Source of the DNA: Prevotellaceae bacterium UBA1746
Lineage (GTDB): Bacteria > Bacteroidota > Bacteroidia > Bacteroidales > Bacteroidaceae
DNA length: 64,000 nt
Direction: 5' to 3'
Assembly (NCBI GenBank): GCA_905369775.1
Contig: CAJPJR010000002.1
Coordinates: 44,427 to 108,426 of the forward strand
Shown here: one piece after another, positions 27,768 through 42,235 of the stretch
How the letters are laid out: the number at the start of each line of letters is the position of its first letter
How positions within the stretch are numbered: the first letter of the stretch is position 1
The notes under the pieces: generated by a model
What the model was told of the DNA's origin: nothing
The model's input: only the letters and a program-made list of their open reading frames with translations
Databases searched by the model: none
Made by a program: the position numbers and the translations under genes

Positions 27768-30287
27768 ATGGCTGACAATCAACCGAAATACAACACGAAA
27801 AGAGTCCTCAAACGTTACAAGATCATTGGCTTTGTCTTTGGTTTTGTGGGACTGCTCATCTTGATCAAAGCGGGCTATCTCATGACTGTGGCGCGCGATT
27901 ATTGGCTGGCCGTGGGCGAAAAGTTCGAAAGTGAGAATCGACCGCTGCCGGCCACGCGTGGCAATATACTTTCGGCCGACGGTCAACTTTTGGCCACCTC
28001 ATTGCCGGAATATCGCATCTACCTCGACCCTATGTCGTGGGAACCCGATTCCGCACGCCGCGTGAAAGACCAGCACCTGCGCGATTCGCTGCTCAACTTC
28101 TACATGGACAGCATCGTCAACGGCATGCACCGCATTCTTCCCGACGTGGATCCTGCGACACTACGCCAACGCATCAAAGAAGGACGCCGCAAACGGGAGC
28201 ACAATATTTCACTCTATCCCAAAAGGGTGACGTTTCTTCAACTCAACGAGCTGAAAAAGCTGCCGCTCTTCCGCCTTCCGGTGGGCAAAGGGGGATTTCG
28301 CGCCGACGAGTTCCGCCGACGCAAAAACCCTTACGGGAATTTGGCCGCACGCACCATCGGAAAACTGCGCTCGGACAACGATTCGGCGATGAGTGGGCTC
28401 GAATTGGCCTTCAACACCGAACTGAGCGGACGCCCCGGCGTGTATCACCGCGAAAAAGTGTCGAACCGCTATATCAATATTGTGGACACTTTGGCCGAAG
28501 ACGGCTGTGATGTGGTCACCACACTCGATGTAGGCATGCAAGACCTCACCGAAAAAGTGCTCGGCGACCAGTTGCGCCACCTCAATGCCCGCGCCGGCAT
28601 GTGCATCCTCATGGAAGTTGCTACCGGCGATGTGAAAGCAATTTCATCGCTCTCGCGACTTAATGACGGCACTTACGCTGAAATCGAACCGCGTGCCGTG
28701 ACTAACATGATGGAACCGGGATCGGTGTTCAAACCGATGTCGTTTATGGTGGCAATGGACGATGGAAAAATCACGATGAACAGCACTTTCGACACCGGGA
28801 CGGGCGTAAGAGACATTCATGGCCGCAAAATGCGCGACGCCGACTGGCGAAAGGGCGGAAATGGCGTGATGACGGTGCCCGATATCATCAAGCGCTCATC
28901 GAATGTGGGCGTGAGCGGACTCATAGATCGTGCCTACGGACGCGACCCCGACAAGTTCGTGGAAGGACTGCAGCGCATCGGCATCATGGAAGACTTGCAT
29001 ATTCCCATTCCCGGCTATCGTGTGCCGCGCATTCGCTACAAGCGCGACAATCCCAGCCGGTGGTACGGCACGACCCTCCCGTGGATGAGCATCGGATACG
29101 AAACGCAGGTGCCGCCTATCTCCACACTGACTTTCTACAACGGCGTGGCCAACGGCGGTAAACTCGTGCAACCGCGCTTTGTCACCGAAATCAGACGCAA
29201 TGATGAGGTGGTAAAAGAATTCCCGGTCGTGGTGCTGCGCGAGAAAATGTGCAAGGACCAAACGCTGCGCGACATCCAGACCTGTCTTGAAGGGGTGGTC
29301 GGCAAAAATAGCGGGACGGGTAAACTGGCCTATTCCAAATATTTCCGCGTAGCCGGTAAGACCGGCACTGCACAAATCTGGAGTAAACACGGGTTTGCCG
29401 CCAACTATCTGGTGAGCTTTGCCGGCTATTTTCCCGCGGACCGACCGAAATACTCCATGATCGTGTGCATTGAGAAAACGGCCCCCGCTTATGGGGGTAT
29501 GCACTGCTGCCCGGTGTTCAAAAAGATCGCCGAAACCGTCATGGCCCGCGATTTGAATGCAGACTACCGCGCGGCGCGCGACAGTACAGTCCTCCGGCAT
29601 GAACTACCTTTCATGGCAGCCGGCAACCTCAACGCACTTAATAATGTACTCGGTGCCATCGGTCTCGGAAAACAGGGACTACCGGTCACCGCCTCGGGCA
29701 TTGTGTGGGGAAGCAACACAGGTACAGACCGACAGGTGCGCCTCACCCAAGAAACCACCGTACAGGGTATGCCCTCACTCATCGGCTACGGATTGCGCGA
29801 TGCCGTCTATCGGTTAGAGCGCATGGGACTTCACGTCAAAGCCACCGGCGTGGGGCACGTGGTGCGGCAAAGCATCGCACCGGGCACCCGAGTGCAACGC
29901 GGCATGCGCGTCGGTCTGCTACTTTCGTCCAAGGACGACAAGCACATCTCCGAAGAAGAGGACCAAACCTTCAGACGAATGTATGGTCTGCCCGCAGAAA
30001 AGAAAGACAGTACGCAAAAAACTGCGGAACCATCGGTCCGAGAAAGCGAGAAGTCCGAGAAATCGGGCACGAACGACAACCCAACAAAGAAAACTCCCCA
30101 ACCCTCTACGAACGGTAAGGGAGAGAACGAAAAGAAAAAGGAACGGAAAACGGAAGCTGCGCCGACGACCAAATCTTCAACCGCCAACAACAAGACGCCC
30201 CACCCCGGTTCCTCAACATCGAGCACCGACAAGAAAAAGAATGCCGCCGCTCGCAATAAAAAAACGCCGAAAGGCTCCAAGTCATAA
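27768..30287 (+). CDS. ftsI: penicillin-binding protein (FtsI/PBP3 class B transpeptidase) with long Lys/Ser/Thr/Glu-rich disordered C-terminal tail
   Basis: N-terminal TM; transpeptidase motifs in context SVFKP (SxxK-like), SSN, KTGTAQ; position in the dcw cluster; about 120-aa low-complexity tail from about residue 715. Confidence 0.9.
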   Translation: MADNQPKYNTKRVLKRYKIIGFVFGFVGLLILIKAGYLMTVARDYWLAVGEKFESENRPLPATRGNILSADGQLLATSLPEYRIYLDPMSWEPDSARRVKDQHLRDSLLNFYMDSIVNGMHRILPDVDPATLRQRIKEGRRKREHNISLYPKRVTFLQLNELKKLPLFRLPVGKGGFRADEFRRRKNPYGNLAARTIGKLRSDNDSAMSGLELAFNTELSGRPGVYHREKVSNRYINIVDTLAEDGCDVVTTLDVGMQDLTEKVLGDQLRHLNARAGMCILMEVATGDVKAISSLSRLNDGTYAEIEPRAVTNMMEPGSVFKPMSFMVAMDDGKITMNSTFDTGTGVRDIHGRKMRDADWRKGGNGVMTVPDIIKRSSNVGVSGLIDRAYGRDPDKFVEGLQRIGIMEDLHIPIPGYRVPRIRYKRDNPSRWYGTTLPWMSIGYETQVPPISTLTFYNGVANGGKLVQPRFVTEIRRNDEVVKEFPVVVLREKMCKDQTLRDIQTCLEGVVGKNSGTGKLAYSKYFRVAGKTGTAQIWSKHGFAANYLVSFAGYFPADRPKYSMIVCIEKTAPAYGGMHCCPVFKKIAETVMARDLNADYRAARDSTVLRHELPFMAAGNLNALNNVLGAIGLGKQGLPVTASGIVWGSNTGTDRQVRLTQETTVQGMPSLIGYGLRDAVYRLERMGLHVKATGVGHVVRQSIAPGTRVQRGMRVGLLLSSKDDKHISEEEDQTFRRMYGLPAEKKDSTQKTAEPSVRESEKSEKSGTNDNPTKKTPQPSTNGKGENEKKKERKTEAAPTTKSSTANNKTPHPGSSTSSTDKKKNAAARNKKTPKGSKS

Positions 30288-30296
30288 TCCCACATC

Positions 30297-31745
30297 ATGC
30301 TCTTAAAGGATCTTCTTTTATCGACAGAAATTGTCGATTCCATCGGAAATCTCGAAACTAACATCACCGGCATTGCCATCGATTCGCGCCGTGTTCGCCC
30401 CGGTTTTCTATTTGTGGCCGTGAAAGGCACGCAAACCGACGGCCACGCGTTTGTGGACAAGGCCATTGAAAACGGCGCTGCCGCACTTGTGGTCTGCGAA
30501 CCCGTCAATGCGCCCAAAGCCTCCGCAGTGGTGCGCGTTTCCGACACGGAAAAGCTCGTGGGCCCCATTGCCACACGGTTTTATGGCGACCCTTCGCACA
30601 AACTGCGCCTCGTCGGAGTGACCGGCACCAACGGAAAAACCACCGTGGCCACGGTGCTCTACCAACTCTACCGAGGATTGGGTTACAAGGTGGGACTTGT
30701 GTCGACGGTGTGCAACTATATTGACGACCGCACCGTGGAAGCCACGCACACCACCCCCGATCCGATCGAACTCAACGCACTTTTGGCCGAAATGGTCGAG
30801 GCCGGCTGCGATTATGCCTTTATGGAATGCTCTTCGCACGCCATTCACCAACATCGCATCGGCGGTTTGCATTTCGAAGGGGCTCTCTTCACCAACCTCA
30901 CGCGCGACCACCTCGACTATCACGGCACTTTCGAGAACTACCGCAATGCCAAAAAGATGTTCTTCGACAATTTGAGCAAATCGTCCTTTGCCGTGACCAA
31001 CGCCGACGACAAAAACGGCATGGTCATGGTGCAAAACTGCGCAGGCAACGTCAAAACCTACAGCACACGCGCAGCAGCCGACTTCAAAGGTCGCATCATC
31101 GAGGAGAGCATCGAGGGAATGCTGCTCGAAATCGACGGGCGCGAAGTGAGTGTGCCCTTTGTCGGCCGTTTCAACGTGAGCAATTTGCTCTGCGTCTACG
31201 GTGCTGCGGTGATGTTGGGCGCCGATCGCGATGAGATTCTCCGCGTGATGTCGGGACTTCATCCCGTCAACGGACGCTTCGAAGCCATTCGTTCTCCCAA
31301 AGGCTTCAGCGCCGTGATCGACTATGCGCACACTCCCGACGCACTGGCCAATGTGCTGCAAGCCATTCACGATGTAATCGGAAAAAATGGGCGCATTATC
31401 ACCGTTTGCGGGGCCGGCGGAAACCGCGACAAGGGCAAACGACCGCTCATGGCGCAAGAAGCGGCCAAACAATCGGACCAGGTGATCATTACCTCGGACA
31501 ATCCGCGATTTGAGCGCCCGGAAGACATTATCAACGACATGTTGGCCGGACTCAACGACGAGCAACGCGCCAAGACTCTCCACATCACCGACCGACGAGA
31601 GGCAATTCGCGCTGCTGCCGCGATGGCACAACCCGGCGACGTGATTCTTGTGGCAGGAAAAGGACACGAACCCTATCAAGAAATCGAAGGAGTGAAACAC
31701 CACTTCGACGATCATGAGGAAGTGCGTGCGGCTTTCGGTCTCTAA
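30297..31745 (+). CDS. murE: UDP-N-acetylmuramoyl-L-alanyl-D-glutamate--2,6-diaminopimelate ligase
   Basis: [11 protein letters not shown]-loop; DNPR motif (TSDNPRFE) diagnostic of meso-DAP-adding MurE. Confidence 0.93.
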   Translation: MLLKDLLLSTEIVDSIGNLETNITGIAIDSRRVRPGFLFVAVKGTQTDGHAFVDKAIENGAAALVVCEPVNAPKASAVVRVSDTEKLVGPIATRFYGDPSHKLRLVGVTGTNGKTTVATVLYQLYRGLGYKVGLVSTVCNYIDDRTVEATHTTPDPIELNALLAEMVEAGCDYAFMECSSHAIHQHRIGGLHFEGALFTNLTRDHLDYHGTFENYRNAKKMFFDNLSKSSFAVTNADDKNGMVMVQNCAGNVKTYSTRAAADFKGRIIEESIEGMLLEIDGREVSVPFVGRFNVSNLLCVYGAAVMLGADRDEILRVMSGLHPVNGRFEAIRSPKGFSAVIDYAHTPDALANVLQAIHDVIGKNGRIITVCGAGGNRDKGKRPLMAQEAAKQSDQVIITSDNPRFERPEDIINDMLAGLNDEQRAKTLHITDRREAIRAAAAMAQPGDVILVAGKGHEPYQEIEGVKHHFDDHEEVRAAFGL

Positions 31746-31814
31746 GCTTCGGACATTCGGCCGCCGGACTTCGGCCTTTCCCTCCTACATTCCCTCATTT
31801 TTCTCCATTTCATC

Positions 31815-33086
31815 ATGCTTTATTATCTTTTCCGTGCACTCGACCAGTTTGGCATCCCCGGATCAGCCCTTTGGAGCTACGTTTCCTTCCGTTCGCTCCT
31901 GGCACTGATTCTCGGCCTCATCATTTCCATGTGGTTCGGCGAGTATTTCATCAAATGGATGAAGCGCCGTCACATCGGTGAAACCGCTCGCGACGCCAAT
32001 ATCGACCCCTTCGGCGTGAACAAAGTGGGGGTTCCCTCAATGGGTGGCCTCATCATCATTCTGGCCATCCTGGTTCCCACACTGCTCCTCGGCCGATTGC
32101 GCAATATCTATACGCTTCTCATGATAGGCACCACAATTTGGTTCGGCGCCATCGGATTTCTCGACGACTACATCAAGATTTTCAAGAAGAACAAGGAGGG
32201 TTTGGCCGGACGCTACAAGATTTTGGGCCAAGTCATCATGGGACTCGTCGTGGGCCTCACGCTCTATCTGAGTCCCGACGCCGTGATTCGCGAAAATGTG
32301 GAGCGCGCCAAAGTGGGAGACAAGGTGGAAATCGTCCACAAAAGTGAGGCGGTGAAAAGCACCAAGACCACGATTCCGTTCGTCAAGAACAACAATTTCG
32401 ACTACGCCGACCTGGTTGGTTTTCTCGGCGAGCACAAACAGGCTGCCGGTTGGGTGGTGTTTGTGCTGATGGTCATTATTGTGACCACTGCCGTGTCGAA
32501 CGGCGCCAATCTCAACGACGGAATGGACGGCATGGCCGCCGGCAACAGCGCTTTCATCTGCATTGCACTCGGCATACTCGCCTACGTTTCGAGCCACATC
32601 GAGTATGCCTCGTATCTGAACATCATGTTTGTGCCCGGATCTCAGGAACTGGTGATTTTCATCAGCGCCACCGTCGGCGCACTCATCGGCTTTTTGTGGT
32701 ATAATGCCTACCCGGCGCAAGTGTTTATGGGCGACACCGGTTCGCTTACCGTGGGTGGCATCATCGGTGTATTGGCCATTATCATCCACAAAGAACTGCT
32801 CGTTCCGCTGCTCTGCGGTGTCTTCCTCTTCGAAAGTGTGAGTGTGATCGTTCAAACCCAGGTGTTCAAATTCTTCAAGCGCCGCGGACGTCGGGTACGC
32901 GTGTTCAAAAGCACGCCCATACACGATGCTTTCCGTCGCCTCGATTCGCAATTGGATCCGACCTCAACCTATCTGTTGCGCAACTGGCCCAACGGAGCCT
33001 GGCACGAAGCGAAGATCACCGTGCGTTTCTGGATCACCACCATTCTTTTGGCCGCACTGACCATCATTACCCTCAAAATCCGATAA
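31815..33086 (+). CDS. mraY: phospho-N-acetylmuramoyl-pentapeptide transferase
   Basis: Polytopic; DDYIKI, NGANLNDGMDGMAAG and VFMGDTGSL motifs. Confidence 0.93.
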   Translation: MLYYLFRALDQFGIPGSALWSYVSFRSLLALILGLIISMWFGEYFIKWMKRRHIGETARDANIDPFGVNKVGVPSMGGLIIILAILVPTLLLGRLRNIYTLLMIGTTIWFGAIGFLDDYIKIFKKNKEGLAGRYKILGQVIMGLVVGLTLYLSPDAVIRENVERAKVGDKVEIVHKSEAVKSTKTTIPFVKNNNFDYADLVGFLGEHKQAAGWVVFVLMVIIVTTAVSNGANLNDGMDGMAAGNSAFICIALGILAYVSSHIEYASYLNIMFVPGSQELVIFISATVGALIGFLWYNAYPAQVFMGDTGSLTVGGIIGVLAIIIHKELLVPLLCGVFLFESVSVIVQTQVFKFFKRRGRRVRVFKSTPIHDAFRRLDSQLDPTSTYLLRNWPNGAWHEAKITVRFWITTILLAALTIITLKIR

Positions 33087-33103
33087 TCCTCTTCCCCATA
33101 GTT

Positions 33104-34492
33104 ATGAAACTTGTTGTTCTCGGTGCCGCCGAAAGTGGAGTCGGCGCCGCCATTCTCGCCCAACAAAAAGGATATGATGTCTTCGTTTCCGATCGCGGCA
33201 GCATTCGTGCGCACTACAAAAGCCTGCTCGATGCGCACGCTCTGCCTTGGGAAGAAGGCCAACACACCGCCGAGCAGATTCTCGACGCCGACGAAGTGGT
33301 GAAAAGTCCCGGTATTCCCGACGACGCTCCCATGGTCAAAGCGCTGCGTGAGAAGGGGGTGCCCATTCTCTCCGAACTCGAGTTTGCCGCCCGCTACACC
33401 CAGGCTCAATTGCTCTGCATCACCGGCTCGAACGGCAAGACTACGACCACATCGCTCATTTATCACATCTTGCGCGAGGCCGGTTACAACGTGGAACTCG
33501 CCGGAAACATCGGTAGATCCATGGCATTGCGCGTGGCAGAAAACGAAGAAAAAGGCGATCCCGACTGGTTCGTGCTCGAAATCTCTTCGTTCCAGCTCGA
33601 CAACATGTACGACTTCCATGCCCACATCGCCGTGCTGCTCAACATCACCCCCGACCATCTCGACCGTTACGGCTATGTGATGCAGCGTTACGTCGATGCG
33701 AAGATGCGCATCATCCGCAATCAGACACCCGAAGACTACTTCATATACTGGGCCGACGACGAACATGTGCCCGATGAATTGGCACGTTGCGAGCATCCCG
33801 CGCGGCAATTGCCCTTCGCCGACCACCCCCGCGCGGGACTTGCAGCCTATGGTCGCGGAGAAGCCGGCGACGACAGTTACGGTTTCGCCGAAGGATCGAG
33901 CCTGGTCGTCGAACAACCGCGCGCCTTCTCCATCCCGCTCGCACAACTCTCCCTGCCGGGCAAACACAACCTGCGCAACTGCCAGGCGGCAGCCCTCGCC
34001 ACACTCGCTGCGGGTGTGGACCAAGCAACGTTGGCCCGCTGTCTCGCCGATTTTCCAGGCGTGGAACATCGACTCGAACGCGTAGGAAGTTTCGACGGCG
34101 TGCAATATATCAACGACTCCAAGGCCACTAATGTCGACGCTTGCTTCGTGGCGCTCGACGCACAAACCCAACCCACGGTACTCATCGTCGGGGGACTCGA
34201 CAAAGGCAACGACTACTCCACCCTCTACGACCTGGTGAGCCGCAAATGCCGCGCATTGGTCTACCTCGGTGCCGACAACACCAAGCTCCACGAAGCCTTC
34301 GACGCGCTCGCCGAAGCCAAGGGCATCGCGGTGGCCGACACCCATTCCATGGCCGACTGCGTGAAAGCCTGCCGAAAGTTGGCACAAACCGGCGACACGG
34401 TGCTGCTTTCGCCCTGCTGTGCCTCGTTCGATCTGTTCAAAAACATGGAAGACCGTGGCGAACAATTCAAAGAACTCGTGCGTCAAGCTTAG
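33104..34492 (+). CDS. murD: UDP-N-acetylmuramoylalanine--D-glutamate ligase
   Basis: ITGSNGKTTTT P-loop; Mur ligase C-domain; cluster position. Confidence 0.92.
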   Translation: MKLVVLGAAESGVGAAILAQQKGYDVFVSDRGSIRAHYKSLLDAHALPWEEGQHTAEQILDADEVVKSPGIPDDAPMVKALREKGVPILSELEFAARYTQAQLLCITGSNGKTTTTSLIYHILREAGYNVELAGNIGRSMALRVAENEEKGDPDWFVLEISSFQLDNMYDFHAHIAVLLNITPDHLDRYGYVMQRYVDAKMRIIRNQTPEDYFIYWADDEHVPDELARCEHPARQLPFADHPRAGLAAYGRGEAGDDSYGFAEGSSLVVEQPRAFSIPLAQLSLPGKHNLRNCQAAALATLAAGVDQATLARCLADFPGVEHRLERVGSFDGVQYINDSKATNVDACFVALDAQTQPTVLIVGGLDKGNDYSTLYDLVSRKCRALVYLGADNTKLHEAFDALAEAKGIAVADTHSMADCVKACRKLAQTGDTVLLSPCCASFDLFKNMEDRGEQFKELVRQA

Positions 34493-34522
34493 CCGACGCA
34501 CCTTTTTCCCAACGAACCACAC

Positions 34523-35722
34523 ATGACCCTCAGCCTAAAAAAACGTCCCAAGCTCTTAGTCGGCGATTACACGGTGTGGGCGATCTTTTTCACCCTCTGT
34601 TTCATCTCTGTCATTGAGGTGTACAGTGCCGGGAGCTACCTTACGATCAAAGAGAACAGCTACTTCTCGCCGCTCTTCAAGCAGATCTGCTACCTCGGAT
34701 TGGCCGCTATCACGGCCTCGGTGGTGCAGTTCATCCACTTCCGCTACTTGTCTTATCTGGCCATCGGCGGCGGTGTCATTTCGATCTTCCTTCTCTTTTT
34801 CACGCTCTTCGGAGGGCAGAACATCAACAACGGTGCCCGCTGGATCAGCATCGGGGGCATCAGCTTCCAACCCTCGGAACTAAACAAACTCTGTCTCATC
34901 ATTTACGCCACGGCCTTCACGGCCAACGCGCAAAAGCCCGACGGCACCACGCGAAAAATCTCCTTTCTGGTACTGGCGCCCACCTTCTTGTCGTTCGGTA
35001 TCATCGCCACACAAAACCTCTCGACGGCCCTCATGCTCGTCGTGTCCGTCTTTTCCATTCTGTTCATCGGCAATGTGCCTTGGCGCAACTTCCTGAAAAG
35101 CCTGGCTTACTTCTCGATTGGCGCCGTTGCCCTGCTGGGTGCGTTTTGGCTCTACTGGGGACCGAACAGTACCATGACGCAACGCTTCACCACCTGGGGC
35201 TCGCGTTTGGAGACTCGCGACGAACGTCCCCAAGACCCGCGCGATTTCGTCATCACCGACAAGAACCGACAGGTCACCCACGCCCACATTGCATTCGCGC
35301 GCAGCGGAGTCATCGGTCGCGGCCCGGGGCGCTCTGTGCAACGCGACTACCTTTCGGCCGCTTATTCCGATTTCATTTTCGCCATCATCGGCGAAGAGCT
35401 CGGCATCTTCGGCTGTGCCTTTGTTCTCTTGCTCTATATGGGTCTTTTCATCCGCACCTACTACATCGCCAAGCAGTGTACCGGCCGACCACCGGCCTTT
35501 ATCGTGATGGGGATCGGCATCATTCTGCTCATTCAAGCCCTGGCCAATATGGCGGTGGCCGTAGGATTGGCACCGGTCACGGGACAAACGCTCCCTCTCA
35601 TCTCCAAAGGGGGTACGTCTAACCTGATTACGGGGGTGTATTTCGGCATCATTCTGTCTATCAGTCACTATGCCCGCACCTGCAACCCCACGGAAGAGAA
35701 GAAAAAACTCCCCACGGCCTAA
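34523..35722 (+). CDS. ftsW: peptidoglycan glycosyltransferase FtsW (SEDS family)
   Basis: 10-TM SEDS protein. SEDS-family motifs SDFIFAIIGEELG and PLISKGGTS; follows murD. Confidence 0.9.
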   Translation: MTLSLKKRPKLLVGDYTVWAIFFTLCFISVIEVYSAGSYLTIKENSYFSPLFKQICYLGLAAITASVVQFIHFRYLSYLAIGGGVISIFLLFFTLFGGQNINNGARWISIGGISFQPSELNKLCLIIYATAFTANAQKPDGTTRKISFLVLAPTFLSFGIIATQNLSTALMLVVSVFSILFIGNVPWRNFLKSLAYFSIGAVALLGAFWLYWGPNSTMTQRFTTWGSRLETRDERPQDPRDFVITDKNRQVTHAHIAFARSGVIGRGPGRSVQRDYLSAAYSDFIFAIIGEELGIFGCAFVLLLYMGLFIRTYYIAKQCTGRPPAFIVMGIGIILLIQALANMAVAVGLAPVTGQTLPLISKGGTSNLITGVYFGIILSISHYARTCNPTEEKKKLPTA

Positions 35723-35735
35723 AACTCCTTCGCAC

Positions 35736-36425
35736 ATGCACCGCCTCATCGTCCTCCTTTGTGCCTTTGCCCTCCTCTTTCCGCTGTCGGGCAGGGCGCG
35801 GCGCGACACCCAAGTGGAATTTGTCACCACGGCCGGCAACTTCACCGTGCGCCTTCTGCGCGACACGCCCATCCATTCCCGGCATTTCGAGCAACTGGTG
35901 CGCGCCGGCTACTACAACGGCTTACTCTTCCACCGCGTCATTCGCGATTTCATGATTCAGGCCGGCGACTCCACCTCGCGCAACGCGGCTCCCGGCGTGC
36001 TCTTGGGAGAAGCCGATCGCAAAGAAACCCTCGCACCCGAAATCGATCTCCCCTATCACTACCACCGCCGCGGGGCACTGGCCATGGCGCGCGAGTCGGA
36101 CGAGGTGAATCCCGGTCGGCGCAGCAGTGCCACGCAGTTCTACATCGTTTGGGGCAAGACGTTCACTCCCGCGCGCCTCGCTCCGGTTCGTGCTCGCGTA
36201 GATGAAGCCACCGGACAGGAGGGAACCATCACCTCGTCCATGGCCGAAGAATATGAACACACCGGCGGCGCGCCGCATCTCGACGGCCAATACACCGTGT
36301 TCGGCGAAGTGGTGAAAGGCCTCTCCGTGATCGACAAGATACAGCGCGTGGCCACCGACGACAACGACCGCCCGCTCGAAGACGTCCGCATCATTTCGGC
36401 ACGCGTGGTGGGTGAGCAACGATAA
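35736..36425 (+). CDS. peptidyl-prolyl cis-trans isomerase, cyclophilin type (secreted)
   Basis: Signal peptide; FHRVIRDFMIQAGD and QFYIVW...GQYTVFGEVVKGL cyclophilin motifs. Confidence 0.88.
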   Translation: MHRLIVLLCAFALLFPLSGRARRDTQVEFVTTAGNFTVRLLRDTPIHSRHFEQLVRAGYYNGLLFHRVIRDFMIQAGDSTSRNAAPGVLLGEADRKETLAPEIDLPYHYHRRGALAMARESDEVNPGRRSSATQFYIVWGKTFTPARLAPVRARVDEATGQEGTITSSMAEEYEHTGGAPHLDGQYTVFGEVVKGLSVIDKIQRVATDDNDRPLEDVRIISARVVGEQR

Positions 36426-36553
36426 TCCCCGAGAGGGCTTAGTCGGCCCATCGCTACGAAGCCCACACCGGCTGCCGATTCCGCGCATAAGCGTGCACCG
36501 ACTTGCCCCTACACGCCGAGCAGCTCCCGCTCCACCGCCGTTTTTCAACTCAC

Positions 36554-36594
36554 AGCCTCCGCCCCTCGATCACGAGGGGCGGAGGCTTTTTTTG
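36554..36594 (+). terminator. intrinsic terminator after the cyclophilin gene
   Basis: gcctccgcccctcg-atcac-cgaggggcggaggc forms a 14-bp perfect stem, followed by ttttttt. Confidence 0.65.
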
Positions 36595-36745
36595 TACCCA
36601 GCGAAATGCGGTGCGTACAGTGGTGCGCCACAAGCCTTTCTTTCCACCTGTCGCGATGCAAAGGGTCGATTTTGTCATATCTACCTCGAATATATACACT
36701 TCCGAGCACGGAAGTCGTTTTTTTTTCCGATATTTGCCACATTAA

Positions 36746-40825
<4,080 letters not shown>

Positions 40826-40855
40826 TCTGCGCCGACAATCGGCAGTAAACAGCAA

Positions 40856-40894
40856 ATCCCCTCGCAACTCCGGTTGCGAGGGGATTATTTTTTT
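40856..40894 (+). terminator. intrinsic terminator after the beta-galactosidase
   Basis: atcccctcgcaac-tccgg-ttgcgaggggat, followed by tattttttt. Confidence 0.65.
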
Positions 40895-40995
40895 GCGCGT
40901 ATGCGCTTTTTCCGATCAAGGATAGGCCAATACCCGTCTGAAGTCTCCAACGAGCTCCAAAGCGACGGGAGGGTGCATTGCGACGATGTGGAGAT

Positions 40996-42009
40996 TTAAC
41001 GCTCGGACTCCGATTTCGTTTCTTCGGCAGGCGAGGGAGGAAAAGCCGCCCGAATGTTTCGCATCAAGCCCTCGTACTTCGCGCGCTTCACGGCTGAGCC
41101 TTTGAAGAGCGTGCGGTACTGTTCGACCGTAAGACCGCGCCAATCGTCGCGCGACATGGCCGCCAAGGCCGCAGAGGGGTAGAATTCCGCCACATCGGTG
41201 GGGACGGAGAGCCGATTCCACGGACAGCAGTCGGTGCAGCGGTCGCAACCGTAGAACATGTGCCCCAGTTTGTGGCCGGTGCCTTCGGGGAGCGTCTCGC
41301 CGCGGTACTCGATGCTGAGATAAGAGAGGCATTTGCGCGCGTCGAGACCGAGTTCTCGGCTCAAAGCCTGGGTGGGACAGCCACGCAAGCAGCGATCGCA
41401 GGTGCCGCACTGCGATTCCACCGGACTATCATAGGCATCGGCGGCGAAAGGCAGGAAGAGTTCGCCCAAGAAGAAGCGACTGCCGGCACCGGGAATGATG
41501 AGTTGCGTGTTTTTCCCGATCCATCCCAGCCCCGAGCGCCAAGCCCAGTAGCGTTCGTCCACAGGGGCGGTGTCGGTGAAGGCGCGCGCGGTCGAAAAGA
41601 CAGCCTCGGCGTCCGCACCGCCGGCACTTTCGTAGTGCGCACGCAGCGTGTTGAGGAGCGCAAAAAGACGCGATTTCATCACCTCGTGGTAGTCTTGACC
41701 GCGGGCATAGCGGGCAATGGACAAACGACGCGGACGGCCGTCGGCACCGAGGGGATCGGGCGTGTGATAGTTGAGCGCGACGGACACAATGGTGCGCACG
41801 CCCTCGACTAACAAGCGGGGATCGCGGCGTTTCTCCTCGTTGCGCGCCAAATAGCTCATCTCGCCGTGACAACCCTCGGCGAGCCAACGCTCACGGCGCG
41901 CGACATGTGCGGCGTCCATGGGTTCGGCGGACGAAAGTCCACAGGCAAAAAAGCCGAGGCGGCGGGCCTCGGCTTTGATGTAGGAGTGAGCAATACGATA
42001 ATCGGACAT
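40996..42009 (-). CDS. queG: tRNA epoxyqueuosine reductase
   Basis: Internal ATG (42009) of ORF 40996..42168. MSDYRIAHSYIKAEARRLGF...; two 4Fe-4S ferredoxin motifs CGTCDRCLRGCP and CDRCTDCCPWN. Confidence 0.88.
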   Translation of the reverse strand: MSDYRIAHSYIKAEARRLGFFACGLSSAEPMDAAHVARRERWLAEGCHGEMSYLARNEEKRRDPRLLVEGVRTIVSVALNYHTPDPLGADGRPRRLSIARYARGQDYHEVMKSRLFALLNTLRAHYESAGGADAEAVFSTARAFTDTAPVDERYWAWRSGLGWIGKNTQLIIPGAGSRFFLGELFLPFAADAYDSPVESQCGTCDRCLRGCPTQALSRELGLDARKCLSYLSIEYRGETLPEGTGHKLGHMFYGCDRCTDCCPWNRLSVPTDVAEFYPSAALAAMSRDDWRGLTVEQYRTLFKGSAVKRAKYEGLMRNIRAAFPPSPAEETKSESER

Positions 42010-42235
42010 TGCGAATGGTTTCTTGGGGAGTTTGGCGAAAAAGCCCCCGTGTTTCGGCCCAAAACGGCGGTGTTTGCGGCGAAGGCTGCGGACTTTGCGG
42101 CACAGAAGCGCAAGCGGTGTGCGGACTTTCGCCGTGCCCGTTCGTGCAGTTTGGAGAGCTTGTCGCATTTCCGCCTCATAGAGGGGCTGAGCAGGCGCGC
42201 TGCCTACGAAATGGACGATTTCACCGGAGACTTCC

